A DNA stretch of 64,000 nucleotides from an uncultured cyanobacterium (GTDB lineage: Bacteria; Cyanobacteriota; Cyanobacteriia; Cyanobacteriales; Nostocaceae): NCBI GenBank assembly GCA_963740315.1, contig CAVUDP010000001.1:1152001-1216000 (forward strand), written 5' to 3'. Made by a program: the position numbers and the translations under genes. Below are positions 1-9,182 of the stretch, one piece after another. Numbering within the stretch: position 1 is the stretch's first letter; every line of letters begins with the position of its first letter. The notes below the pieces were generated by a model. That model worked only from the letters and a program-made list of their open reading frames with translations. It searched no databases and was not told where the DNA came from.

Positions 1-2
1 CG

Positions 3-830
3 GCAGGATTAGCCCACGCCGTAAAAGTAGCCCGCCCTTTTTTAGAAGATTCACCTTTTGTGATGTACTTGGGTGACAATCTAATTCAACAAGGAGACTT
101 GAGCTATTTTCTCAAACAATTTCAACAGCAACACCACGATGCATTGATATTATTGCGTACTGTTGATAATCCGAGCGCTTTTGGAGTGGCTAAAGTTGAT
201 GAAAACGGCAAAGTTTTAGAGTTAATCGAAAAACCAAAAGTTCCCCCTTCCAATTTAGCTTTGGTGGGGGTTTATTTTTTTTCGGAAATAATTCATCAAG
301 CCATTGGTTGCATTAAACCTTCTGCAAGGGGTGAATTAGAAATTACTGATGCTATTCAATGTTTGATTACTCAAAAAAAGCAAGTATTAGCCTGTAAACT
401 TGAAGGATGGTGGCTCGATACGGGAAAAAAAGATGATTTACTCGAAGCTAATCGTTTAATTCTCGATACTAGCTTACAAACATTGATTTCTGGAAAAGTA
501 GATGCTCAAAGTCAAGTAATTGGCAGAGTACAAATCGGTGCGGGTTCGTCAGTTATTAATTGTACAATTCGCGGTCCGATAATTATTGGAAATGACTGTC
601 ATTTAGAAAATTGTTTTATCGGTCCTTATACTAGCATTGCGGACAAATCAACTTTAATAGATACCGAATTGGAACATAGTGTAGTTTTGGAAGGTGCGAA
701 GATTTCCGGAATTCACCAAAGAATTATAGATAGTTTAATTGGGCAAAGGGCGCGAGTCACACTTGCACCCCGTCGTCCAAAAGCCTTACGATTTATGATT
801 GGTGACGATTGTCACATTGAGCTATCGTGA
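3..830 (+). CDS. rfbA: glucose-1-phosphate thymidylyltransferase (long form), 5'-truncated by window edge
   Basis: Frame open from base 3 (AGLAHAV...MYLGDN); SARGELEITDA and WWLDTGK motifs; C-terminal hexapeptide-like region. Confidence 0.92.
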   Translation, partial: AGLAHAVKVARPFLEDSPFVMYLGDNLIQQGDLSYFLKQFQQQHHDALILLRTVDNPSAFGVAKVDENGKVLELIEKPKVPPSNLALVGVYFFSEIIHQAIGCIKPSARGELEITDAIQCLITQKKQVLACKLEGWWLDTGKKDDLLEANRLILDTSLQTLISGKVDAQSQVIGRVQIGAGSSVINCTIRGPIIIGNDCHLENCFIGPYTSIADKSTLIDTELEHSVVLEGAKISGIHQRIIDSLIGQRARVTLAPRRPKALRFMIGDDCHIELS

Positions 831-1708
831 TTTATTTTCTAACCGTTAACTACTATTCAACAGAACTGATTGCGAAATTAATCGGTTCTCTACCTGTTGC
901 TGACAATTTTGAATACAAAGTTCTAATCGTCAACAACTCGGCTGATGATGATTCGATTAAAAAACTTGAGAATGAATCCGTTGAAGTTCTTGATGCTGGA
1001 TACAATATGGGTTTTGGTTGTGCCTGTAATTTTGGGATGAAGTGGATTTATAGTCTAGATTCCCAAGCAGTGGTTTGGATAATTAATCCAGATGCTTATT
1101 TATTAGATAATTCTTTAGAAAAAGTTAACCGATTTTTCCAGTCATATCCAGAAATTTCCATTCTCGGTACGATCGTTCATACCCCAAAAGATGAAATTTG
1201 GTTTGCTGGAGGAAGCTTTAGCCCTAAAACCGGAACAATTAAGACTCAAGATTTATTAACAAATACAGATGCCCCCTATATCGCTTGCGATTGGGTTTCC
1301 GGCTGTAGCCTAATAGTTAATCTACGCAATTTTTACGATTGTCCGCAATTTGATGATGCTTACTTTCTCTATTACGAAGATTTTGATTTTTGCAGACGCT
1401 ATGCAAATCAAGGATATTTAATTGCAATAACTAAAAACTTTGGCGTGCTACACCAGCCTTCATCAATTACAAATAGATATGTTTTCCAGAAAATAAAACA
1501 TAGTACCTACAGCTATCTATTAACTTTAGAAAGATATACGAATGATTTTACTTTTATAATTAGACTTGTTCGTCTGGCTATCTTTGCCTTATTCTTAACT
1601 ATCATTAGACCTCAAGTAGGATTCGGTAAATTCTACGGTCTATTAATGTATAGTAAGCAGGTATCTCAAAGAACCAAGACAAAGCCATTGTACCAGGTAA
1701 TTAACTAA
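827..1708 (+). CDS. glycosyltransferase family 2 (rhamnosyltransferase-like)
   Basis: VNYYS, NMGFGCACN, INPD, WVSGCSL and YFLYYEDFDFC motifs; overlaps rfbA stop (GTGA). Confidence 0.85.
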   Translation: MIYFLTVNYYSTELIAKLIGSLPVADNFEYKVLIVNNSADDDSIKKLENESVEVLDAGYNMGFGCACNFGMKWIYSLDSQAVVWIINPDAYLLDNSLEKVNRFFQSYPEISILGTIVHTPKDEIWFAGGSFSPKTGTIKTQDLLTNTDAPYIACDWVSGCSLIVNLRNFYDCPQFDDAYFLYYEDFDFCRRYANQGYLIAITKNFGVLHQPSSITNRYVFQKIKHSTYSYLLTLERYTNDFTFIIRLVRLAIFALFLTIIRPQVGFGKFYGLLMYSKQVSQRTKTKPLYQVIN

Positions 1709-1878
1709 ATATGATGTATTTTATTTAACTTATAGTTAGTTGATTTTAGTTAGTATAGAATCCAAATCATAATGTTTTAGCACAAAGATGCTCTTAATAA
1801 TTACGTAAAATTACTATATCAATTAACAACTAGTAATGCTGTCTTTTATTTTACAAATAACTGGTAAATTCTAAATAT

Positions 1879-2970
1879 ATGAACGAATTACTAGTCAATT
1901 TATCAGTTGTTTTTTCTAAGCCTACAGGTATAAGTAACTATGCAACTAATCTTTTCCCTTATTTAAAGCAACTTCAACCCACATTATTAACCAGCAGCAA
2001 CTATCCGAACTATAATTGCTATCCCATACCAGATAAACTGACACCCGCTCAAGGTACAAAAGGGCATTTTGACAGACTTTTATGGACGCAGTTTAAATTA
2101 CCGCAAATAAGCAGGCAACTTAAATCTAAGCTTTTATTTTCTCCACAACCCGAAGCGCCTCTGTATTCTAACTGTCGCTACATCGTTACCGTACATGATG
2201 TAATACCTCTACGCTTTCCCAATTCATTGCCGCTAAAATATTATCACCGTTACTATATTCCTCAAGTACTGGCACAAGCGCAGCACATAATCTGTAATTC
2301 CAACGCTACAGCAACAGATATTTGTGATTTTTATAACATTGCGGCTAGTAAAATTACGCCTATTCTATTAGCCCATGATGCAAATAATTTTCGTTTACTC
2401 CCTGAAGTCAGGAAAAATAACAAAAATCATCCCTACTTCCTTTATATAGGTAGACATGACTCGCATAAAAACTTACACCGAGTTATAGCGGCTTTTGCCA
2501 AGTTAAAGCAAATAAGCGATCGCAAAGACTACGAATTATGGTTTGCAGGTTCATCCAACAAACGTGATACCCCTAAATTGCATTCTCAAATTGAAGAATT
2601 AGGTATTAAGCATCAAGTAAAATTTCTTGACTACGTTAGCGATCGAGAATTACCGATAATTATTAATCAAGCCATTGCCTTAGTTTTTCCCAGTCTTTGG
2701 GAAGGTTTTGGTTTTCCGGTTTTAGAAGCAATGGCTTGCGGTACTCCCGTAATTACTTCTAATCTTTCCTCCCTACCCGAAGTTGCTGGCGATGCTGCTA
2801 TTAAGGTCGATCCTTACAAAACCAACGAAATTACCCAAGCAATGCAACAAATTGCTACCGATAAAGAATTGCGATCGCATCTTTCCGTTGAAGGCATAAA
2901 GCAAGCCAGTAAGTTCAGTTGGGAGAAAACAGGACAAGCCACCACCGAAGTATTAAAAAAATATTGTTAG
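1879..2970 (+). CDS. glycosyltransferase family 4
   Basis: [28 protein letters not shown] and FSWEKT motifs. Confidence 0.9.
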   Translation: MNELLVNLSVVFSKPTGISNYATNLFPYLKQLQPTLLTSSNYPNYNCYPIPDKLTPAQGTKGHFDRLLWTQFKLPQISRQLKSKLLFSPQPEAPLYSNCRYIVTVHDVIPLRFPNSLPLKYYHRYYIPQVLAQAQHIICNSNATATDICDFYNIAASKITPILLAHDANNFRLLPEVRKNNKNHPYFLYIGRHDSHKNLHRVIAAFAKLKQISDRKDYELWFAGSSNKRDTPKLHSQIEELGIKHQVKFLDYVSDRELPIIINQAIALVFPSLWEGFGFPVLEAMACGTPVITSNLSSLPEVAGDAAIKVDPYKTNEITQAMQQIATDKELRSHLSVEGIKQASKFSWEKTGQATTEVLKKYC

Positions 2971-3062
2971 TTGTTAGTTGTTAGTTGTTAGTTGTTAGTT
3001 GTAAAACTGGTAACTGGTAACTCCTAACTCCTAACTCCTAACTCTTAACTCCGGTGGTAAAT

Positions 3063-4832
3063 TTACGGTGTTCCGACTGCGCCGGAGTAAACTACACCAC
3101 GTTGTATATCCATAGTTAAAATAGCTCCATCTCCAATAGTTTGAGTTGCATTTTTAACACCTACAATCACGGGTACTCCGAGACGTAAGCCAATTACAGC
3201 AGCGTGAGAAGTAAGACTTTCTTCCTCAGTAATAATACCGCTAGATTTGCGAATTGCTTCGACAAAATCCGCAGTTGTACGTGGGGCAACTAAAATCTCT
3301 CCGGAATTAAAATTATTTAAATCCGTGCCGCTATGAGCCACCCGTGCGCGACCTGTGACCAAACCTTGCCCAAGTCCTATACCTTGACCGAGTACGGCAG
3401 TTACAATTTCAACTTTAACCAAATCTGTTGACCCGGAAATCCCTTGAAGAGTACCGGCGCTCATGACGACTAAATCGCCTTCTTGTAATAAGTTTTTTTC
3501 TTGAGCAACATTGATTGCTGCTTGAAAGGTTTGACCAGCCGAAGGTAATTCTAAAACTAATAAAGGCTTGACTCCCCATACTAATTGCAGCTGTCTAGCT
3601 ACGTTGACATGGGGTGTGACTGCCAAAATTGGAGTACGAGGACGGAATTTAGAAACGTTACGAGCGGTAGCACCACTTTGAGTAAGAGTCATAATTGCAG
3701 CAGCTCCGAGTTGCTGGGAAATCTGACCTACTGCTTGGCTTATAGCATTAGGAATGGAACGTCTGGGGTCTGGTAATTGATTTGCATTTTTGTCTTGCAT
3801 ATCTTCTTTTTCCATGCGTTCGGCAATCCGTGCCATTGTTGCTACGGCTTCTACCGGGTATTTACCTACGGCAGTTTCATTGGAAAGCATTACCGCATCC
3901 GTACCGTCTAAGATTGCGTTGGCTACATCCGATACTTCCGCCCTGGTCGGACGGGGATTGCTAACCATACTGTCTAACATTTGGGTAGCGGTAATGATGG
4001 GAATACCCAAACGGTTTGCAGTGGCAATCAAACGCTTTTGTAAGACGGGGACATCTTCAGCTGGAAGTTCTACCCCTAAATCTCCTCTGGCGACCATTAC
4101 ACCATCGCACAAAGCCAGAACCGCTTCCATTTGTTCAATAGCTTCGTGCTTTTCGATTTTGGCAATTACTGGTACTTGCTTTCCAGCGCTAGAAATTAAT
4201 TCCTTAATTTCAATCACATCTTGGGGGTTGCGGACGAAGGAAAGTGCTACCCAATCCACACCTTGGTCTAAACCAAATACTAAATCCTCGCGGTCTTTAT
4301 CAGTTAGCGCCTTGATAGATAAATAAACACCGGGGAAATTAACACCTTTATTGTTAGAAAGCTTACCTTCAACCGTAACGCGACAATGCAAATCGCCTTT
4401 TTCCTTATTTACCTCCTCAACCTGCATTTCAACTCGTCCATCATCGAGCAGAATATTCGCACCAACGGGGACTTCCTCAGCTAAACGGTCGTAGGTGATG
4501 CAGCTAATTTCCTGAGTACCGACAACCGGGCGGTTTGTCAAAGTGAAGCGATCGCCTTTAGCGATAACTATCGACCCATTTTCAAACTTACCCAAACGAA
4601 TTTTGGGATCCTGCAAATCTTGCAGAATCGCCACTGGTTTATTTAATTCAAATGCTGTTTGCCGAATCAACCGAATATTGCGTTGATGGTCGGCATGAGT
4701 TCCATGAGAGAAATTAAGCCGCAGCGTTGTTGCACCTGCTTCGATGAGAGCCTTAAGGACTTCAGGGCTGCTGGTAGCAGGTCCAATCGTAGCGACAATC
4801 TTTGTCCGGCGTACTGAATCTCTTAGTTCCAT
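3063..4832 (-). CDS. pyk: pyruvate kinase with C-terminal PEP-utilising domain
   Basis: RRTKIVATIGPA, NFSHG, AKIE, MVARGDLGVE, ATQML and PTRAE motifs; SHAAV in C-terminal domain. Confidence 0.97.
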   Translation of the reverse strand: MELRDSVRRTKIVATIGPATSSPEVLKALIEAGATTLRLNFSHGTHADHQRNIRLIRQTAFELNKPVAILQDLQDPKIRLGKFENGSIVIAKGDRFTLTNRPVVGTQEISCITYDRLAEEVPVGANILLDDGRVEMQVEEVNKEKGDLHCRVTVEGKLSNNKGVNFPGVYLSIKALTDKDREDLVFGLDQGVDWVALSFVRNPQDVIEIKELISSAGKQVPVIAKIEKHEAIEQMEAVLALCDGVMVARGDLGVELPAEDVPVLQKRLIATANRLGIPIITATQMLDSMVSNPRPTRAEVSDVANAILDGTDAVMLSNETAVGKYPVEAVATMARIAERMEKEDMQDKNANQLPDPRRSIPNAISQAVGQISQQLGAAAIMTLTQSGATARNVSKFRPRTPILAVTPHVNVARQLQLVWGVKPLLVLELPSAGQTFQAAINVAQEKNLLQEGDLVVMSAGTLQGISGSTDLVKVEIVTAVLGQGIGLGQGLVTGRARVAHSGTDLNNFNSGEILVAPRTTADFVEAIRKSSGIITEEESLTSHAAVIGLRLGVPVIVGVKNATQTIGDGAILTMDIQRGVVYSGAVGTP

Positions 4833-5257
4833 AGGGGGCTGCTATATCACGCTTCTAGCTTAGGCAATAATCGTAGATTAAACCGGAACCTTTGTCTGTG
4901 GCTAGAAACGCATTTCACAGAAAATAAAATTCGCAAACTTTAAAAATTCTCTCATAATCTTCGATCGTTACACCTTTTTATTAAGGAATGGGCGATCGGT
5001 AATCGGTAATCGGTAATGGGGAGAAAGAAAGAGAGAGAAAATTAACTTACCAATCCCTAATGCCCAATGCCCAATGCCCAATCCCCAATTACCAATTACC
5101 AATGCTCAATTCCCAATTTCTAATGCCCTGGTAACGAATAACTGTTGACTGATAACCAATAAATGTAAAAATGTAGATAAATGTTGATACACAAAACTTT
5201 ATTATTCGTCAGTCTGTGTCGTATACTCGCAAATATTTGAAAAACAAGGAGTTGGCA

Positions 5258-6148
5258 ATGCTGACGTTGGAGGCACCCAAGCAACCGATAGTCCCTCCCA
5301 AGGAACTTTTGTCTCCGGCGGGTGGTTTCAGTCCTACCCTGCTAATGTTTTTAGCAACTCTTGGAATCGTCGTGCTGTCTGCACTGGGTTATTGGGTTTG
5401 GCAATGGCAAGCGTGGATATGCTTCTGCATGAATGTTGTTGCCTTGCATATCGCTGGTACGATAATTCATGATGCTTGCCACCAGGCTGCTCATCGCAAT
5501 CGAATCATTAACGCTGCTTTAGGACACGCTAGTGCTTTGATGCTTGTTTTCGCATTCCCGGTATTTACGCGAGTGCATTTACAACATCACGCGAATGTTA
5601 ACGATCCAGAAAACGATCCAGACCATTATGTGTCTACAGGTGGTCCGCTGTGGTTAATTGCGGTTCGTTTTTTCTATCACGAGATATTTTTCTTTAAACG
5701 ACGTTTGTGGCGCAAAAACGAACTTATAGAATGGTTCATAAGTCGCCTTATAGTCATAACTATCGTTGCTGTCTCAGTACAATTTCACTTTTTAGGCTAC
5801 ATTCTTAATTTTTGGTTTGTACCATCAGGTATTGTTGGGCTAGCACTTGGTTTATTTTTTGACTATTTGCCCCATCGTCCTTTTGTAGAACGCAGTCGCT
5901 GGAAAAATGCTCGCGTTTATGCCAACCCGATTCTAAATATCTTGATTTTAGGACAAAACTATCATCTGATTCATCACTTGTGGCCCTCCATCGCTTGGTA
6001 TAATTACCAACCTACATACCGGATAATGAAGCCGCTTTTAGATGAAAAAGAATGCCATCAATCATTAGGTTTACTTAAAAAGAAAGATTTTCTTGAATTT
6101 ATGTACGACTTAGTATTAGGAATTCGCTTTCATCCGAAGAAAGAATAA
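5258..6148 (+). CDS. crtR: beta-carotene hydroxylase
   Basis: His boxes HDACH, RVHLQHH and HLIHH; FFDYLPHRPF; AAGGAG upstream of ATG 5258; adjacent to pyk as in other cyanobacteria. Confidence 0.92.
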   Translation: MLTLEAPKQPIVPPKELLSPAGGFSPTLLMFLATLGIVVLSALGYWVWQWQAWICFCMNVVALHIAGTIIHDACHQAAHRNRIINAALGHASALMLVFAFPVFTRVHLQHHANVNDPENDPDHYVSTGGPLWLIAVRFFYHEIFFFKRRLWRKNELIEWFISRLIVITIVAVSVQFHFLGYILNFWFVPSGIVGLALGLFFDYLPHRPFVERSRWKNARVYANPILNILILGQNYHLIHHLWPSIAWYNYQPTYRIMKPLLDEKECHQSLGLLKKKDFLEFMYDLVLGIRFHPKKE

Positions 6149-6149
6149 A

Positions 6150-6272
6150 TAGGGAATGGGGAGTAGGGAGTAGGGAATAGGGAGATGGGGAGATGGGGAG
6201 ATGGGGAGATGGGGAGATGGGGAGATGGGGAGATGGGGAGATGGGGAGATGGGGAGATGGGGAGATGGGGAG
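6150..6272 (+). repeat. short tandem repeats: GGGAGTA-type heptamers then about 11 copies of GGGGAGAT
   Basis: Directly visible. Similar arrays at about 2966-3050, 4995-5120, 11850-11935, 12470-12640, 19280-19452, 20510-20760, 27575-27630, 28640-28760, 33648-33845, 36686-36850 and 48327-48382. Confidence 0.95.
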
Positions 6273-6399
6273 AAGAGAACTCTTGAGGCTCTTAAGGCAA
6301 TTGATTTTTTTACTAGAAAACTAATTATTTATTTTCTCCCTCCGCTTCCTCCGCTTCCTCCGCTCCCTCCGCTTCCTCCGCAATATCATCTCCTAACTT

Positions 6400-6684
6400 C
6401 TAAATGTCGCTAGATATACTTTGAGCCTGTATAATTTCGGTATGAGCGGTGAATTGTAATCTGTTTAAAGATTCAGTGAAAAACACAAATCCTTTGTAGG
6501 CAGTTGCGTACTTGTAAATTTTTGTGAAAAATCCTTCCGCTGTTTCAACCACCAACGGTTCTTCACTTTTAGAGACAATTGTCATAAAATCTTCAGACTT
6601 GATCCGAACTCCCGTACCTCGGTCAGTAAAGATTCTTCCGCCAATAGCTGCGGGTTGAGTTGTGTCACAATTGTCAAATTGCAT
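6400..6684 (-). CDS. small hypothetical protein
   Basis: 94-aa ATG ORF directly downstream of aroH with protein-like composition (YKYATAYKGFVFFTES). Confidence 0.6.
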   Translation of the reverse strand: MQFDNCDTTQPAAIGGRIFTDRGTGVRIKSEDFMTIVSKSEEPLVVETAEGFFTKIYKYATAYKGFVFFTESLNRLQFTAHTEIIQAQSISSDI

Positions 6685-6722
6685 AATAATTTAAGTATTT
6701 TCACATAGAATATTCGTACATT

Positions 6723-7142
6723 CTACACTTTCGATTCTACTGTTGACTGTGATGCTTGTAACGGCTGAGGTAAATTCCAGTCAGGACGAAGTTTAGCAGC
6801 ATGACGTAAATAGATATGGCTTATGGTGGAATTCGATTTGATATAGGCATGAACTAAAATCCGAATGCACTTTTCTAAGCTTCCCGGAACGTACATTTGC
6901 TGTACATCTATCATTGGAACACTATCCCAATCCGGACGATAACGAGCGATCGCTGCGGGAAAAGTAGCATCTAAATCGGATGTTACCGCGAAGGTAACGC
7001 TAATCATGTCCGTTGGATGCAGTTGATTGCGTTCTTCAAGTTCGTCTAATATTTCCATTACGGCTTCTTGCATCGCTTCAACCGTATTTTCTGAAACAGT
7101 TGTTGCTCCTCGGATTGCCTGCATTCGCAATTCCACGCTCAT
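6723..7142 (-). CDS. aroH: chorismate mutase AroH
   Basis: AIRGATTV, DLDATFPA and CIRILVH motifs, HIYLRHAAKLRPD; GGAG upstream of ATG 7142. Confidence 0.93.
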   Translation of the reverse strand: MSVELRMQAIRGATTVSENTVEAMQEAVMEILDELEERNQLHPTDMISVTFAVTSDLDATFPAAIARYRPDWDSVPMIDVQQMYVPGSLEKCIRILVHAYIKSNSTISHIYLRHAAKLRPDWNLPQPLQASQSTVESKV

Positions 7143-7215
7143 ATTTCTCCTAATTAAGACATCGGTCATTAGTTATTATTCTTGAGCCACTCTCATGTAA
7201 GGCAGACACTGAGAT

Positions 7216-8742
7216 TCAGGCATTACCTTCTAACTTGTCGCTCTTAGAAGCTATCTGGTTAGAGGTTAGCACTTTGATAAAGACAGATTCAGAGGAATTA
7301 TGACTATTCCTACGTTCGGACTTGCCTACTTGATTTATCTGTTGTTGATATTGCTCCCATGCCTCTATTAAGCACGGTTCCATACTCGGATACTCCATAG
7401 AAGCATCCAACAATGAGAGCTTATCGCCATAGACATATCTACTCAGAAATGCGCTAAATAAATCTCTATGCATAATGTAACCCATAGCTACATCATGATG
7501 AACTCTTTGAGAAAGTGATTTTTGGATGCGTACACCATTCAAATGAGTTTGAGATAGTGCAGTTTTTTGAGTAGAAAACTTTATGAATTGCCCGCCAGCA
7601 CTTTCAGCCTTACGAGCTAATTCTGATTGGAAAAAACCTGGAGACTTGGCGGATATAGCCAAGCCATATCTTTTCTGCCAGCCTTTTATGCTTACATTTT
7701 CGGTTTTAATTTGATTACCGTGACGCAATATTTCATTAACTAACTTACGATTTTGCCCTACCGTGTAACTTGATTTACGTCTTTCTAGCTCTGCTTTCTT
7801 AGCTGCATGGGCGCGATAATTGCGAGTTTTTACCCATTGCTTTTTACCTTTTTTAACCTTACCTTTTTTGCGGACAATTCTATTACCAACCTTCCGATCG
7901 AAATCTGCTTCAAAGTTCTCTGGATTATGCAATCTTTGAGAACGTTGCATTTTGCGTTGTAAGGCTTTTATCTCACGCTCAAATGTAGGTACGTTCTCGG
8001 CAAAGGGAAGTAAACCAGCTTTATCGTCAGCAACAAACGCAATATTAGATATATTTACATCAATGCCGATTACACCTTGACTCACATAGTTTTGAGGCTT
8101 TTGGTATGGTAAACCTTCATTGATAAGTTGTACGTACCAGCGACGCTTGCCGTTAATTATTCTCCATAAAATACGGCAATATTTAATAGGTGAGTTCAAT
8201 CCGTGAGCAATTACTGGATTTTTCCAGTCAACGATCGGATTAATTATTAATTTCTTCCACAGCAATTGATTGCTGATAAATCTAATTCCTGTTGCATTGG
8301 ATTGCCCTTCAATAGAATGAAATCTATTAGTTGTTTTGAACCGAACGCTTCTAGCAAGTCCAAATAGAATTTTTTCTACAGCCTTAAAAGCTCTTGTCCC
8401 AATGGTTTGTTTTTCATGTGCGCCTAGTTTGTCAGCTATCCACTTGCTGCTATTCGCTGTCTGAGTAGCAAAGCTTTTTAGTGCAAAATCGGTAAATCGA
8501 GATTGCGTTCTCGCTTCAACAAATAACTCTTTACGCTCCGACTTTTCGGATTTTTTCAATTTACTAGCTTTTTCGTATGGCTCGGAATTCCGCATCTGCT
8601 GTAAACGAATTAACGATTCAGACAGGCAAGCATTATAAAGTTGCCTTGCTGCCTGCATCCTTGCTAATAATTCCTTTTCTTGCAAACTATCTACTTTTAG
8701 CGGTAATTCAGTTATGAATGATGATGTTTTGCTCGCCCGCAT
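7216..8742 (-). CDS. tnpB: TnpB-family RNA-guided endonuclease (508 aa)
   Basis: ARQLYNACL N-terminus; RuvC-like GIDVN, KTENV and HRDLFSA; KMQRSQR helix; GGAGGTGA RBS before ATG 8742. Confidence 0.85.
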   Translation of the reverse strand: MRASKTSSFITELPLKVDSLQEKELLARMQAARQLYNACLSESLIRLQQMRNSEPYEKASKLKKSEKSERKELFVEARTQSRFTDFALKSFATQTANSSKWIADKLGAHEKQTIGTRAFKAVEKILFGLARSVRFKTTNRFHSIEGQSNATGIRFISNQLLWKKLIINPIVDWKNPVIAHGLNSPIKYCRILWRIINGKRRWYVQLINEGLPYQKPQNYVSQGVIGIDVNISNIAFVADDKAGLLPFAENVPTFEREIKALQRKMQRSQRLHNPENFEADFDRKVGNRIVRKKGKVKKGKKQWVKTRNYRAHAAKKAELERRKSSYTVGQNRKLVNEILRHGNQIKTENVSIKGWQKRYGLAISAKSPGFFQSELARKAESAGGQFIKFSTQKTALSQTHLNGVRIQKSLSQRVHHDVAMGYIMHRDLFSAFLSRYVYGDKLSLLDASMEYPSMEPCLIEAWEQYQQQINQVGKSERRNSHNSSESVFIKVLTSNQIASKSDKLEGNA

Positions 8743-8826
8743 TGGTATCACCTCCGGTGACGCTACGAAGTCCGACCTTTCAAATGTGTCATAACTAGTA
8801 TAGCCGTTAGTGAACACACTGTTAAT

Positions 8827-9024
8827 ATGAAAAGTAAAACGAATCGAGGACATTTTACAAAAGGTAATAAAGATGGCTTCACAACAGATCGATCTAAGCC
8901 ATTGAATGCCCATGTAGGAATACGAATGACTACTGAAGATAAAGAGGCACTAAAAAACGTCCCTCAGTGGCAGGAACGCCTAAGAAATTATCTAAAGCAG
9001 TTGATTGAAGAACACGGCGAATAA
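8827..9024 (+). CDS. small putative ribbon-helix-helix DNA-binding protein divergent from tnpB
   Basis: 65 aa; beta-strand pattern AHVGIRMT followed by two predicted helices (EDKEALKN; WQERLRNYLKQLIEE). Confidence 0.6.
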   Translation: MKSKTNRGHFTKGNKDGFTTDRSKPLNAHVGIRMTTEDKEALKNVPQWQERLRNYLKQLIEEHGE

Positions 9025-9182
9025 ATTCGCTTTACGCCATCGCTATCCCAGGTTTAAAAACGCGCTCGTTTGCGCTCTCCTGGTATTTCCTATCAACTTT
9101 GAGTAAAGGACAAATGACCAATGACCAATGAATATATTTTATCTTTGTTTTAGGCGATCGCTCAATTTATTGAACAATTCGA

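Larger units (their letters stand above)
7182..9091 (-). mobile_element. non-autonomous IS200/IS605-family element (tnpB plus small divergent gene, no tnpA)
   Basis: Minus-strand TTGAT (9096-9092) directly precedes a CCAGG/CCTGG hairpin (9048-9083). Right end is an imperfect hairpin (7191-7214) followed by TCAA (7185-7182). Lies between sppA and aroH. Confidence 0.7.

Noticed and set aside
3585..4326. Antisense ORFs within pyk, and similar shadow ORFs within other long genes
   Set aside because: Opposite-strand or alternative-frame shadows of well-supported genes, with no motifs
6201..6413. ORF MGRWGDGE... and similar ORFs at 33615-33845 and 43232-43435
   Set aside because: Translations of tandem repeats, not credible proteins
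7143..7169. Longer aroH start at 7169
   Set aside because: GGAG RBS and family N-terminus fit ATG 7142
7216..8742. Cas12k/CAST or other type V CRISPR effector
   Set aside because: No array or tnsB/tnsC/tniQ in the window, RuvC residues appear intact, and IS-like ends are present
8743..8913. 57-aa N-terminal extension of TnpB in the ORF track
   Set aside because: Overlaps the divergent gene; a strong RBS supports ATG 8742
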